Source: an uncultured Planctomycetaceae bacterium (GTDB taxonomy: Bacteria; Planctomycetota; Planctomycetia; Planctomycetales; Planctomycetaceae). From it: DNA of 64,000 nt. Where the stretch lies: the NCBI GenBank assembly GCA_963815195.1, contig CAWFGE010000010.1:160001-224000 (forward strand). Reading direction: 5' to 3'. A model generated the notes under the pieces. It made no database searches. It was not told where the DNA came from and was given only the letters and a program-made list of their open reading frames with translations. The position numbers were made by a program, and so were the translations under genes. Every line of letters begins with the position of its first letter. The stretch's first letter is position 1. Positions 40,611-54,213 of the stretch are shown in pieces.

Positions 40611-43600
40611 ATGCGGAATCGGCTCAGACAGTTCTTCGGCGTGTTGTGGATTGCAGTGAGTTTCGGCCCGGCGCTCGCCTTCGGGCAGGATCCGTTTGCC
40701 GCCCAGGTCCGGCCGACGGATCCATTGACTCCGGCCCTTGAGCAAAAAAGTTTCCATCTGCCGCCGGGCTTTGAGGCGCAGTTGTTCGCCAGCGAGCCGG
40801 AGATCTTAAAGCCCCTCAACATGGCGTTCGATGCGCGGGGCCGGTTGTGGGTGACGGAGTCGCAGGAATATCCCTACGCAGCCCCGGCGGATCGGCCTGG
40901 CCGCGATCATATCAAAATCCTCGAAGACACCGACGGCGACGGCCGCGCGGATAAGATCACCACCTTCGCCGACGGCTTGAATATTCCCATCGGAATTTAT
41001 CCGTACCGCGATGGCTGCATCGTCTTCAGCATTCCCTACATCTGGCGTTTGCGCGACACCGACGGCGACGGCCGCTGCGATCAGCGGGAAAAACTCTTCG
41101 GGCCGATGGGCGTCGACCGCGACACGCACGGCCTCAACAACGCCTTCCGCCGCGGCTTCGACGGCTGGCTTTATGCCTGCCACGGCTTCAACAACCACAC
41201 CGAAGTCGCCGGCAAGGATGGGCATAAAATCGCAATGCAGTCCGGCAACACCTACCGCATGAAGCTCGACGGCTCGCGGATCGAGCATTTCACGCACGGG
41301 CAGGTGAATCCCTTCGGCATGACGTTCGACGAATGGGGCAACCAGTTCACCGCCGACTGCCACAGCAAACCGCTCACGCAGCTTTTGCGCGGGGCGTTCT
41401 ATCCCAGCTTCGGCAAGCCGCACGACGGGCTGGGGTTTGTCTCGCCGATGATGAACCATTCCCACAGCTCGACCGCGATTGCGGGCGTGGCGTATCCGAC
41501 GGGCGAAAGTTTTCCCGCCGATTTTCGGAGAAGTTTTTTCAGCGGCAATGTGATGACCAGCCGGATCAACCGCAACGCGCTGGTGTTTCACGGCTCGACG
41601 ATCCGGGCGAAGGAAGAGCCGGATTTCCTCAACAGCGACGACCCCTGGTTCCGCCCCGTGGATTTGCGGATCGGCCCCGACGGGGCGATGTATATCGCGG
41701 ACTTTTATAACCGCATCATCGGGCATTACGAAGTGCCGCTCGACCATCCCGGCCGCGACCGCCGCCGGGGCCGGATTTGGCGGATCGTTTACACCGGCAA
41801 CAAGGCGGGATCGCGAGATCCTCAGGCTGCGGACCTTTCCAAAGCGGGCACGGATGATCTGATCAAAGCTTTGGCGGATCCGAACCTGACTGTCCGGCAG
41901 TTGGCGACCGATCAACTCAGCGACCGCATTGGCAAGAAAGCCGTCCCAAAGTTGCAAGATGCTCTCGCCAATTCGCAAAGCCCCGAAGCCAAGGCTCACA
42001 CGCTGTGGGTGCTGTATCGGCTGGACGGCCTGAACGAGGACTTGCTAACCCAAGCCGCCGCCGATCAAAGCCCGCTGGTGCGGACGCATGCGATGAAAGT
42101 GTTGGCGGAAACGCCCGAGTGGTCGGAAAAGATGATCGAATCCGTCCGCAAGGGGTTATCGGATTCCAATGCCTTCGTGCAAAGGGCCGCGGCGGATGCA
42201 TTCGGTCAGCATCCCGAAGTTTCCGCGGTCGCCGATTTGCTGACGATGCTCCCCAAGATTCCACCAGCCGACGATCATTTGCGTTACATGGTCCGCATGG
42301 CGATTCGCAATCAACTCCGCCGAAAAGATGCATTTGCGGAATTGCAAAACCGCGAGCTGTCCGAAGTGGACTTAAAAGAACTCGAAGAGATCGCCTTGGC
42401 GATTGATTCCCCGGAGTCGGCGGCGTTTGTGCTCGACTGCCTCACGAAGCTTTCGCTGTCCGGCGAAAGGCTGGCCGGGTCGCTGGAGCATGCCGTGCGG
42501 TATCTGCCGGCCGAACAAACGGATCGGCTCGTCCACGTCGCCCGGCAAAAGTGCGGCGACGATTGGGACTTGCAGTTTCGCTTGCTCGCCGCGCTCCACG
42601 CCGGCCTCGAACGCCGCGGCGAGGAAGCCACGCCGTTGGTCCGCTCGTGGGCCCAAGATGTTGCGAAAGAATGGATTTCCGATCTTCCGCCGGAGGCTCT
42701 CGCGTGGGCCAACACGCCGCTCGCGAGCGAAGCCAATCCCGCCAATCCCTGGGCGGTGCAGGAACGGGTCTCGGCGGACGGCGACACGGCTTCGCGGTTT
42801 CTGTGCAGTCTGCCCTTCGGCGAGCAGCTCACGGGGCGGCTTGCGTCGCGGGAGTTCGCGCTGCCGGCGTCTTTGAGCTTTTATGTCGCGGGCCACATCG
42901 GTCCGCCGAACAAACCCGTGGTGGCGAAGAATTTTATCAGGCTGATCGACGCCGAGACGCATGCCGTCCTCAAAGAGACCCAACCGCCGCGAAACGACAC
43001 CGCCCAACGGATCACGTGGGATCTTAAAGAGTTCGCGGGCCGGCGGGGATATGTGGAAATCATCGACGGCGACACGCGGCGGGCGTATGCGTGGCTCGCC
43101 GTGGGCCGATTCGAGCCCAACGTCGTCCCCATCGCGGCTGCTTCGCCGCGCGAGGTGGAAGACAAGCTCCAGACCACCGCGAGTCTGGCGGCTGAGTATG
43201 GACTGGCCGACCTGCGGCCGACGCTTGCTGCGCTTCTGAAAGAGGACCCGCTCCCTGCCGGCGTTTCCGCGGCCATGATCCGCGCTTTGGGAAAACTCGC
43301 GAAGCAACCGCAATTCGAAGCCCTGGCCGTCGCGGCCGAGGATCCGGTCGTCCCGCATTCGCTCCGCCGGACGCTCAACCAAACCGCGGCGGAACCCGAT
43401 CAGAAAGCCGTTCTGGCAGCGATGACGGCGGCGTTTCGGCAATGCCCCGCGCGGCTGCAAACCGGAATGGCCGAAGCCCTCGCGAACGATGCGGCCGGGC
43501 GGCAGATCGTTTTCACTCTGATCGAAAAAGGCGTCGCCCCCGCGCGGCTGTTGTTGAATCCGCCACTCCGAGCCCGCTTGCTCGCCACCGCAAAATCGGA

Positions 43601-44168
43601 AAGCGAGCGGCAAGCCCTCGAACAAACGATCAAAAGCCTGACCGCCTCGCTCCCCGCGGCGAACGAAGCCATCGAAAAGCTGCTGCAAACCCGCCGGGCC
43701 GCGTACCCGGCCGCGGACCACGATGCGAACCGCGGCGAGGCGGTGTTCAAGAAACATTGCGCGGCCTGCCATCAAGTCGGCGGGCAAGGGGCAGTGGTGG
43801 GGCCGCAGTTGGACGGCATCGGCAACCGCGGCCTCGAGCGGGTGCTCGAAGATGTGCTCGACCCCAACCGCAACGTCGATGTCGCGTTCCGCACGACGAC
43901 CGTCGCCCTCGAAGACGGCACGGTCCACACCGGCCTCGTCCGCCGGGACGAAGGGGCCGTCCGCGTGCTCGTCGATCAAAAAGGCAAAGAGTTCTCGATC
44001 CGCCGGGACCAGATCGTGCAGGAGCGCAAATCGAATCTGTCGCTCATGCCCGCCAACGTTGCGGAACTGGTGCCGGAGAAAGAGTTCTACGACCTCGTCG
44101 CATTCCTGCTCGCCCGCCGATCGTCTCAAAACTCCGCGGAAAACCGCGCGCCGGTGCCGAAGCCGTGA
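40611..44168 (+). CDS. PVC-type membrane-bound dehydrogenase-like protein with HEAT repeats and a CxxCH heme domain
   Basis: 'LPPGFEAQLFASEP', 'DTDGDGRADK', 'DPWFRPVDL', 'CAACH', 'VGPQLDGIG', 'SLMP'. Confidence 0.92.
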   Translation: MRNRLRQFFGVLWIAVSFGPALAFGQDPFAAQVRPTDPLTPALEQKSFHLPPGFEAQLFASEPEILKPLNMAFDARGRLWVTESQEYPYAAPADRPGRDHIKILEDTDGDGRADKITTFADGLNIPIGIYPYRDGCIVFSIPYIWRLRDTDGDGRCDQREKLFGPMGVDRDTHGLNNAFRRGFDGWLYACHGFNNHTEVAGKDGHKIAMQSGNTYRMKLDGSRIEHFTHGQVNPFGMTFDEWGNQFTADCHSKPLTQLLRGAFYPSFGKPHDGLGFVSPMMNHSHSSTAIAGVAYPTGESFPADFRRSFFSGNVMTSRINRNALVFHGSTIRAKEEPDFLNSDDPWFRPVDLRIGPDGAMYIADFYNRIIGHYEVPLDHPGRDRRRGRIWRIVYTGNKAGSRDPQAADLSKAGTDDLIKALADPNLTVRQLATDQLSDRIGKKAVPKLQDALANSQSPEAKAHTLWVLYRLDGLNEDLLTQAAADQSPLVRTHAMKVLAETPEWSEKMIESVRKGLSDSNAFVQRAAADAFGQHPEVSAVADLLTMLPKIPPADDHLRYMVRMAIRNQLRRKDAFAELQNRELSEVDLKELEEIALAIDSPESAAFVLDCLTKLSLSGERLAGSLEHAVRYLPAEQTDRLVHVARQKCGDDWDLQFRLLAALHAGLERRGEEATPLVRSWAQDVAKEWISDLPPEALAWANTPLASEANPANPWAVQERVSADGDTASRFLCSLPFGEQLTGRLASREFALPASLSFYVAGHIGPPNKPVVAKNFIRLIDAETHAVLKETQPPRNDTAQRITWDLKEFAGRRGYVEIIDGDTRRAYAWLAVGRFEPNVVPIAAASPREVEDKLQTTASLAAEYGLADLRPTLAALLKEDPLPAGVSAAMIRALGKLAKQPQFEALAVAAEDPVVPHSLRRTLNQTAAEPDQKAVLAAMTAAFRQCPARLQTGMAEALANDAAGRQIVFTLIEKGVAPARLLLNPPLRARLLATAKSESERQALEQTIKSLTASLPAANEAIEKLLQTRRAAYPAADHDANRGEAVFKKHCAACHQVGGQGAVVGPQLDGIGNRGLERVLEDVLDPNRNVDVAFRTTTVALEDGTVHTGLVRRDEGAVRVLVDQKGKEFSIRRDQIVQERKSNLSLMPANVAELVPEKEFYDLVAFLLARRSSQNSAENRAPVPKP

Positions 44169-44359
44169 GAGGCTTAACCACGAAGACACAAAGGAAGGCA
44201 GCGTCCGCGTTCCGCTTTCTTCGTGTCTTGGTGGTTTCCTCTTTCCCGGATGCGTTCCTGGAAAGAACTCCGCCCGGCCCGATTTGAGGCGGCGGGTGAG
44301 GCTGCTACAATTGGAATCGGCACGAGCCTGATTTCCCCCCTCAGACTTTTGGAAGCTCC

Positions 44360-47300
44360 ATGACCACCGATCGTCCGTTTGTGCATTTGCATTGCCATAC
44401 GCATTTCAGCCTGCTGGATGGGGCGAACCGCATTCCCGATCTGATCGCGAAGACCAAACAGATGGGCATGAACGCCGCCGCGATCACCGATCATGGGAAC
44501 CTCTACGGGGCGATGGAGTTCTATACGACCTGTAAAGCCGAGGGCGTCAAGCCGATCATCGGCTACGAAGCCTACATCGCCCCCGGCCGCCGGACCGACC
44601 GCAGCGCGAGCCGGATGAAAGAAGCCAGCTACCACCTCACGCTGCTCGCCATGAACGAGACCGGGTTTCGGAACCTGATCCACATGGCCTCGGTCGCGTA
44701 TCTGGAGGGCTTTTATTACAAGCCCCGCATCGACAAGGCGCTTCTCGAAGAATTTAACGAGGGCATTATCTGCCTTTCCGGCTGCGCATCGAGCGAGCTG
44801 TCGAACATGATCCTCGCGGAAAAATGGGACGAGTCGAAATCGCTGATTCATTGGTTCGACAAACTCTTCGGCGACCGGTTTTACCTGGAGATCCAAAACT
44901 CCGGCCTCGACATCCAGCGGCAATGCCTGGAAGGCACCGTCGATCTCGCAAACAAGGCCGGCTTGCCGTTGGTCGCGACGAACGATTCCCACTACCTCTG
45001 CCAGGAAGACGCCGCCGCCCACGATGTGCTCTTGTGCGTCAACACCCGCACGGTCCGCAGCGACGTTAAGCGGATGCGGATGGACGTGGACCAGTTCTTC
45101 GTCCGCTCACCCGAGCAAATGTACGAGGCGTTTCCCGGCCTCGAAGATGCCGTCGCCCGCTCGCAGGAAATCGCCGACCGCGTGGACATCGATCTCGATC
45201 TGACGAAGCGCCACTTTCCCGTGTTCCAACCGCCGGAAGGCAAAACCGACGTCGAGTATCTCCGCGAAATCTGCGAACAGGGCATGGTCTGGCGGTATGG
45301 CGAAGACGGCATCACCGAAGCACACCAACAGCGGTTGGATTACGAGCTGGGCGTGATCGAGAAAATGGGCTACGCGAGTTATTTCTTGATCGTCGCCGAC
45401 TTCGTGCAGTTCGCCCAGCGGAACAATATTCCTTGCTCGGCCCGCGGCTCGGCGTGCGGGGCGATCGTGGCGTATGTGCTGGGCCTGAGCCACGTCTGCC
45501 CGCTCCAGTACGACTTGCTGTTCGAGCGGTTTCTCGACCCCAGCCGGACCGAACCGCCGGATATCGACATCGACTTCTGCCGCGACCGCCGGCAGTTGGT
45601 GATCGACTACACCAAGGAAAAATACGGCGTGCAGAACGTCGCCCAGATCGGCACGTTCGGCACATTGAAAGCGAAGATGGTCGTGCGGGACGTGGGGCGG
45701 GCCTTGTCGGTGCCGCTGCCGCGGGTCAACGAAATCGCCAAGATGATCCCGGATACCTTGAACATCAAATTAAAAACGGCGCTCGAGGAAAGCCCGGACC
45801 TCAAAGACGCCTACAACAGCGACCCGCAGATCAAGGAACTGATCGATATTGGGATGCGGCTGGAAGGCCTGGCGCGAAGTGCCGGCACCCACGCGGCGGG
45901 CGTGGTGGTCGCGGATCAGCCGATCTCGAACTTCATCCCGCTCCAGCGAATCACCGGCAAGGAAGACATCATCACCCAATGGGACGGCCCCACCGTAGAG
46001 ATGGTCGGGCTTTTGAAGATGGACTTCCTGGGCCTCAGGAATTTGACGATCCTCGACAAAGCGGTCGAGAACGTCAAAAAATACCGCGGGCGGGATCTCG
46101 ATCCGCTCAAGTTCCCGCTGCACGATCAAGAAACCTTCGCCCTTTTACAGCGAGGCGAGACCAAGGGCATCTTCCAGTTGGAATCCGGCGGGATGCGGGA
46201 CCTCTTAACCAAGATGCGGCCCGACCGCTTTGAAGACATCATCGCCACCAGCGCCCTGTACCGCCCGGGTCCGTTGGAAGGCGGGATGGTGATGGAATAC
46301 GTCAACGTCAAGCACGGCCTGCAGGAGCCGCGAAAAATCCACCCCGTCGTGGACGAGGTGCTCGCCGAGACCAACGGCGTGATGGTTTATCAGGAACAGG
46401 TGATGCGGATTCTGAACCGCGTGGGGAACATCGAACTCCCCGCCGCGTACCGCTGCATCAAGGCCATCAGCAAGAAGAAACTCAAAACCATCGCCGAGTT
46501 CCGCGAGCAATACATCGCCGGCGCGAAGGAAAACGGCATCGACGAAAAAATCGCGACGGAGCTGTTCGAACTGATCGAAAAATTCGCGGGCTACGGGTTT
46601 AATAAATCACATTCGACCGCATACGGGGCGGTGGCTTATCAGACGGCGTATCTGAAAGCCCATTACCAGCGGGAGTTCATGGCGGCTTTGTTGTCCTGCG
46701 GGATGGAGGACTCCGCGCGGATTGCCGAGCATGTCGAGGACTGCCGGCGGATGAAAATCACCGTGCTCCCGCCGGATGTGAATACCTCGGAAGTCGAGTT
46801 CGCCGTCGTGGGCGACAACTTGACGTTCGGGCTAGGAGCAGTCAAAGGTGTGGGCGAGAACGCCGTCGAAGCCTTGGTCGCCGAGCGCATCGAGAACGGC
46901 CCCTTCAAGAACATTTTCGATTTGACCGAACGGGTCGATCCCAAGGTCCTCACCAAGTCAGCGCTCGAAATCCTGATTAAAGCCGGGGCCTTGGATTCGT
47001 TGGGACCGAACCGGGCGCAACATCTCGCAGCGGTGGAGCGGGCCGTGCAGTCGGCGTCCGCCAAGCAGCGGGACAAAGCCCGCGGGCAGAAAAGCCTGTT
47101 CGGCGACGACTCCGGCGAAGAGGAAGGCGCCGAAGACGATGCCCTGATGCTTCCCGAACTGCCCGATTGGACCCACGCCCAAAAGCTCGTGGCGGAAAGG
47201 GAAGTCCTCGGCTTTTATCTCACTTCGCATCCTTTGACCGAGCATGCCGAGAAGCTCGCCAGGTTTGCGAGCCACGTCACCTCGGAACTCGTCGATCTGG

Positions 47301-47884
47301 AAGACCGGGCCGAGGTTTCCCTCGCCGGGATGATCTCCTCGATCAAAAAAGCCCAGACGAAAAAGCCGAGCCGCAACGGCAACACGCGGTATGTGAACTT
47401 CGACTTTGAAGACCCGCACGGCATGGTGCGGTGTATTTTGTGGCCGGAAGAGTTCGCCCGCATGGGCCACCTCGTCGAGCCGGACGCGATCTGCTTTGTC
47501 AAAGGCCGAGTGGACCGCCGGGGCCGGGAGCCGAACTTGATCGTCAACCAGATCATGTCCCTGGACGAGGCCGAGAAAACCTTCACGGATCGGTTGGCGA
47601 TCAAGTTCCAGCACGGCCTGCACGATGAGAACGACATGATCCGCGTGCGGGACATTTTAAACCGCCATCCGGGCCTTGCCGACGTGATCCTGCTCGTGGA
47701 AACGCCCGACGAAAAAACGAACGACCGCCAACTCAGGTATGTGATGCAGTTGCCCAACTCGATGCGCGTCGCCTGCGACGCGGCCCTCCGCACCGAACTC
47801 GCCGCCGCCTTGGGCGAAAACCATTTCCGGTTTCACGCCGCCCCGGTGAAGAAAAACGGCAACGGGAATAACATCGGCCGGTGA
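44360..47884 (+). CDS. dnaE: DNA polymerase III alpha subunit
   Basis: PHP domain 'FVHLHCHTHFSLLDG', 'PDIDIDF', 'GLLKMDFLGL', 'FAGYGFNKSH'; no intein seen. Confidence 0.98.
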   Translation: MTTDRPFVHLHCHTHFSLLDGANRIPDLIAKTKQMGMNAAAITDHGNLYGAMEFYTTCKAEGVKPIIGYEAYIAPGRRTDRSASRMKEASYHLTLLAMNETGFRNLIHMASVAYLEGFYYKPRIDKALLEEFNEGIICLSGCASSELSNMILAEKWDESKSLIHWFDKLFGDRFYLEIQNSGLDIQRQCLEGTVDLANKAGLPLVATNDSHYLCQEDAAAHDVLLCVNTRTVRSDVKRMRMDVDQFFVRSPEQMYEAFPGLEDAVARSQEIADRVDIDLDLTKRHFPVFQPPEGKTDVEYLREICEQGMVWRYGEDGITEAHQQRLDYELGVIEKMGYASYFLIVADFVQFAQRNNIPCSARGSACGAIVAYVLGLSHVCPLQYDLLFERFLDPSRTEPPDIDIDFCRDRRQLVIDYTKEKYGVQNVAQIGTFGTLKAKMVVRDVGRALSVPLPRVNEIAKMIPDTLNIKLKTALEESPDLKDAYNSDPQIKELIDIGMRLEGLARSAGTHAAGVVVADQPISNFIPLQRITGKEDIITQWDGPTVEMVGLLKMDFLGLRNLTILDKAVENVKKYRGRDLDPLKFPLHDQETFALLQRGETKGIFQLESGGMRDLLTKMRPDRFEDIIATSALYRPGPLEGGMVMEYVNVKHGLQEPRKIHPVVDEVLAETNGVMVYQEQVMRILNRVGNIELPAAYRCIKAISKKKLKTIAEFREQYIAGAKENGIDEKIATELFELIEKFAGYGFNKSHSTAYGAVAYQTAYLKAHYQREFMAALLSCGMEDSARIAEHVEDCRRMKITVLPPDVNTSEVEFAVVGDNLTFGLGAVKGVGENAVEALVAERIENGPFKNIFDLTERVDPKVLTKSALEILIKAGALDSLGPNRAQHLAAVERAVQSASAKQRDKARGQKSLFGDDSGEEEGAEDDALMLPELPDWTHAQKLVAEREVLGFYLTSHPLTEHAEKLARFASHVTSELVDLEDRAEVSLAGMISSIKKAQTKKPSRNGNTRYVNFDFEDPHGMVRCILWPEEFARMGHLVEPDAICFVKGRVDRRGREPNLIVNQIMSLDEAEKTFTDRLAIKFQHGLHDENDMIRVRDILNRHPGLADVILLVETPDEKTNDRQLRYVMQLPNSMRVACDAALRTELAAALGENHFRFHAAPVKKNGNGNNIGR

Positions 47885-48048
47885 GTGCAAATAACTCACG
47901 CAAAGGCGCCCAATCGCAAAGGATTTTGTTCAAACCCATTTCTTTGCGCCGGGTGCCACGGGCAGCTTGCTGCCCGTGTGTTCGATTCTCGACTTTCAAG
48001 CGACGGGCAACAAGTTGACTTCGGCAGGACGCAATAAACGATAGCGGC

Positions 48049-50232
<2,184 letters not shown>

Positions 50233-50361
50233 ATTCCCCTTTTGCCGAGGGAGAGGGTTTTTGAAGTGGGGCGTTACGAGTTGTTGTACCGCATGCGTCG
50301 TTCCGCCCGCAAGCCGATGGAAAATGACGGAGCCGTCGCGCCCATTCGCGCGACGGCACCG

Positions 50362-51136
50362 TCACTGGTGATCGAAAACGTGAAACCGTTTGGTTACCGC
50401 GTGGAGATGGCTTGGGCGAGCGGGCGGAGGACCTGGTCGATCACGAAATCGTCGAGCAGGTCTTCGCAGCGGATGCGGAGCCGGCTGAGTTCGTCCTCGT
50501 ACTTGGCACCGGGATCGAGGCTGCCGTATTGACGGACCGTGAAGTACACGCTGATCTGGTCTTCCTGGAAATCGCCGCGCTTCACCTGGTAGGGGGTGGT
50601 GCGGGTTTCGATCATCAGCCGGGCCCACTGCCGGCAGCCTTCGTCCAAGGCGAGCGTGATCGAGGGCTTGTAATTCAGCACCTGGCGCCGGGAATGTCCA
50701 TCATCCCCTCGAAGGCCGAGCCGGTGCCCAGAGCTTCCGCGACGAGTTCGTCGTGGTTGCCGCGGTACGAGAAATCGAAGCCCATCATGTAATCCAAGGC
50801 TTCGCAATCGAGGCCGCTGACCGAGAGCATGTAAGGCACCAGTTGCAGCACGGTGGCATGCTGCTCGAACGCGGTGTCGGTTTCGGAGGGGTTCACGAAC
50901 CCGCTGCAAATGCAGCGCGGCTCGAGCGACACCCAGCGGTGCTGGCCTTGGTCTTTGTCTTCTTCGAGCACATAATCCCCGTTGTCGCGGGTGTAAAAAT
51001 TCCGCATCGTCGGATAAGTTTTCTGCATCCGCTCGAAAAAGTGGAGGATCGTTTCACGTCCTTCCGGCAGCCGCATCTCCGTGCTGAGGTTCATATTGAC
51101 GTAAAAATCATCCGCGAGGGTGCCATATCGGTTCAT
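50362..51136 (-). CDS. Conserved hypothetical protein, frameshift near 50685
   Basis: ORF 50675..51136 N-terminal half joins 'VLNYKP..LDEGCR...ETRT..YQVKRG...ISVYFTVRQYG' across frames. Confidence 0.65.
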
Positions 51137-51370
51137 TGCATCGACCTTTTTCTCGGCGCGTGAGGAGCGTGTTGTTTTCTGGGTGACTCTGGTATTATGG
51201 ACAAGAGTTCAAAACAAGCAGCCGCCCGCGCATGCCAGTCGGACAGGAATGCCCATTCCGTGGGCACGGATGGTAAATAACATTCGAGCCGACATCCACC
51301 GTGACGAATCGTTTCTCCTGGACCCAATGGGAGAAGTACTTTTCCTTAACATTCTATCGGGGAGTAAAAC

Positions 51371-51970
51371 ATGGGTCAAAGTGGTGTTTCCATGACAACG
51401 GCAAATCCCGGAACCGGCCGGCCGTTGGCTGCAACCTCTATGCCCTTTCTAGGGATTTTTCCCACTGAAATCGGCTGGATGGGACTCGCCGGGCGGGAAA
51501 GGATCGTGGAACGATTGGTGATTGGACACTTCTCGGCCGAGGCCGTCTGGGGACATCTTACGACGGAAGCGGGCGGAGATTTTACAGAATGTGACTGGTT
51601 TCCCGAACTCCGCAGCCGGCTGGAAGCGTTTGCCGAGGGCCAGTGCACGGATTTTTCGGACGTGGCGGTGGATTTGTCGCATTTGACGGCGTTTCAGCAC
51701 CGGGTCGTTGTGGAGTTGCGGAAGGTCCCGTTCGGGCAAACTCTTTCGTACGCGGAACTTGCGGCGAGAGCCGGCTCCCCGAAGGCCGCGAGAGCCGTGG
51801 GCAGCGTGATGGCCCAAAACCGGGTGCCTTTGATCATTCCCTGCCATCGGGTCGTCGGGTCCGGCGGGAGTTTGGGCGGATTCTCGGCCCCGCGAGGCAT
51901 CGCCTTCAAAAAACAACTCTTGGCCCTGGAAGCGAATCCGTCCCCTCAGCTTCTGGATGTCGTTTCGTAG
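51371..51970 (+). CDS. ogt: Methylated-DNA-protein-cysteine methyltransferase
   Basis: 'VPFGQTLSYAELA', 'ARAVG', 'IPCHRV'. Confidence 0.93.
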   Translation: MGQSGVSMTTANPGTGRPLAATSMPFLGIFPTEIGWMGLAGRERIVERLVIGHFSAEAVWGHLTTEAGGDFTECDWFPELRSRLEAFAEGQCTDFSDVAVDLSHLTAFQHRVVVELRKVPFGQTLSYAELAARAGSPKAARAVGSVMAQNRVPLIIPCHRVVGSGGSLGGFSAPRGIAFKKQLLALEANPSPQLLDVVS

Positions 51971-52034
51971 CAGTTCTTTTTTCATAGCAACTTTTATCGC
52001 CCGAAGCGCAAGTTTTGAAGTTACGGACTTCCGG

Positions 52035-52232
52035 AGTCGCGAAGCGACGGTAGCATATAGCCGTGGGCGTGAGCCCACGGAAACAGGAGCCAAAACAATC
52101 GAGAGCCGCGAAGCGGCGGCAGCACATTTTGCTCCACCGTTTGCTGTCGCCGCTTCGCGGCTTAAGATCTGTAAATCGCCGGGGATCTGCGGGCTGACGC
52201 CCGCAGCTACATGCTGTCGCCGCTTCGCGGCT
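52035..52232. repeat. REPIN/BIME-like cluster of palindromic REPs
   Basis: Four copies of ag(c/t)cgcgaagcg(g/a)cgg(c/t)agca-like units in inverted pairs, plus internal hairpins (ccgtgggcgtgagcccacgg). Confidence 0.8.
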
Positions 52233-52290
52233 GCCGAGGCGCTTACAACTCGCGCTTTGGGTTGGTGAGGGCTACTCCATTTCAACTGCC

Positions 52291-53239
52291 ATGTCCGATC
52301 GAATCTCCTCTCCGACAAACGAGGAGACCGTCAGTCTGCGGATGGCGGTCGAGTCGCCGGAGAACGTGCGGCTGACCTACGAACTGGCAGGGCCGGCGGC
52401 TCGGTGCTTGGCTTATGGCCTGGATACCATCGTCCGCGCCCTCGTCTTGGTGTTCGGGCTGATCGTGGCGATGCTGACGAGCCGCGTGCTGCCCGGCGTG
52501 ACCTGGGGGGCCGTCTTGGTGCTGCTCTTCCTTCTGGAATGGGGCTACTTCATCTTTTCCGAAGGGCTGTTTCGCGGGAAGACGCTCGGCAAGGAAGCCC
52601 TCGGGCTGCGGGTCGTTCAGCTCGAAGGCTACCCGATCACGCTCTGGTCCGCGATGCAGCGAAACCTGATGCGGGTCGTGGATGGGATTCCGCTGTTCGC
52701 GTTTCTGGCCCTGGCTCAACCGGCAACCCGCGCCGTTTCGGTCGTGCCGAGCTTGGACAACCTCTGGACCGCGGCGTTGATGATGCCGGTTTACGGGCCG
52801 GCTCTGTGCTCGATGATTCTCACCCGGCGGTTTCAGCGGCTCGGCGATTTGGTCGCGGGGACGGTGGTGATCTCGGAACGGCGATCCCGGCTTCGGCGGG
52901 AGGCGGTGATCATCTCCAAAATCGAGCCCTTGTCCCGCGAGGAGATCGGCCGCCAGGTCCCCGAAGAAGAAACGCTGGCCTTGATCGATGAGTTTCTGTC
53001 CCGGCGGATCGTGCTCACCCACGATCGCGGCCACGAACTCTGCGCGGACTTCGCGGTCGCCCTCGCGCAGGAAACTGGAGTTCCAAGGCGACCGCTACCA
53101 GCTTCGCGATTATCCCATGTCGTTTCTGGCCCGCGTGTATGTGACATTCGCCCGCAAAGACGAACCCGCCGGCCCGACCGGCCCGGGCAAAGCCGGCGAC
53201 GTGCTCGTGGTCATGGCCGGGGAGGTCTTCTCGCCATGA
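52291..53239 (+). CDS. RDD family membrane protein, frameshift near 53070
   Basis: 'LAGPAARCLAYGLD', 'GKTLGK', 'RNLMRVVD', 'QRLGDLVAGTVV'. The natural C-terminus is in ORF 52988..53239, whose TGA overlaps the next ATG. Confidence 0.85.
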
Positions 53240-54213
53240 ACAAGCGGGACTTCGTCGAACACCGCCGGCCCGCGTGGTCGCGGTTTCAGCAGATGCTGGA
53301 TGGGCTCGAATGCCGGTCGTTCCGCAAGATGAGCGGGGCGCACCTGCGGGAGTTTTCGCGGTTCTTCCGCGAACTGGCCCATGACCTGGCCCTCGTGCGG
53401 TCGCGGGGTTGGGGCGAAGGCCTCGAAACTTATCTCAACGATCTCGCGGCCCGCGGGAATAACGTGTTCTACCAGGCCCCGCCGGGCCGGATGTCGCGGT
53501 TTCTGGATTTTCTTGCAGGCGGCTATCCGCGGGTGTTCCGCAAGAATGCTGCGTACTTCTGGTCGGCGGCGTTGTGCTTTTTTCTGCCGATGCTCATTGC
53601 CTGGGCCGTCGTGCAAAACTCGCCCGGCCTCGCGCACCGCGTGATGGAACCCGCGCAGCTGCAGCGAATGGAGGACATGTACGGCTCGGACAACGAGGCC
53701 GAGCCCGGCGAACTCATCTTCGCGGAAGAGCGGGCCACGATGGGCGGATTCTACGTTTACAACAACGTGGGAATCGCGCTCTGCGCGTTTGCCGCGGGGC
53801 TGTTGTTCGGGACGATTACGGTTTACGTGCTGGTGAGCAACGGGATCATCATCGGCACGATCGCGGGGTATCTGATCAGCCAAAACCACGGCAACGCGTT
53901 TTTGAGTTTCGTGATTTCCCACGGAGCGTTCGAGCTGACCGCGATCGCCGTCGCCGGCGGAGCCGGTTTCATGCTAGGGGGCGCCCTCCTGCACCCCGGC
54001 CGAAGAACTCGATTGGAAAATCTCCAAGTCCGCGGCCGCGAAGCCGTCCAAATCGCGGGCGGCGCGGTCGTCATGCTCCTCATCGCCGCGCTGTTAGAAG
54101 CCTTCTGGTCCCCCACCGCGATTCCGCCCATAATAAAATACACCGTGGGCACGATCCTCTGGGCGCTGGTGGCGCTTTACCTGCTCTTAGTCGGCCGCGA
54201 TGCTCCTGAGTAG
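53236..54213 (+). CDS. SpoIIM/DUF95 family membrane protein
   Basis: MNKRDFVEHRRPAW start (ATGA overlap, GGAGG upstream); 'NNVGIAL', 'HGAFELTAI', 'AALLEAF'. Confidence 0.88.
   Translation: MNKRDFVEHRRPAWSRFQQMLDGLECRSFRKMSGAHLREFSRFFRELAHDLALVRSRGWGEGLETYLNDLAARGNNVFYQAPPGRMSRFLDFLAGGYPRVFRKNAAYFWSAALCFFLPMLIAWAVVQNSPGLAHRVMEPAQLQRMEDMYGSDNEAEPGELIFAEERATMGGFYVYNNVGIALCAFAAGLLFGTITVYVLVSNGIIIGTIAGYLISQNHGNAFLSFVISHGAFELTAIAVAGGAGFMLGGALLHPGRRTRLENLQVRGREAVQIAGGAVVMLLIAALLEAFWSPTAIPPIIKYTVGTILWALVALYLLLVGRDAPE

Noticed and set aside
44175..44236. aaccacgaagacac...gtgtcttggtggtt hairpin (similar low-complexity repeats near 47897 and 62802)
   Set aside because: Probably another short intergenic repeat or terminator; too degenerate to define by eye.
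52291..54213. Apparent 640-aa RDD-SpoIIM fusion
   Set aside because: It arises from one frameshift at ~53070. The alternative frame ends in an ATGA overlap with a proper SpoIIM start, the usual two-gene arrangement.
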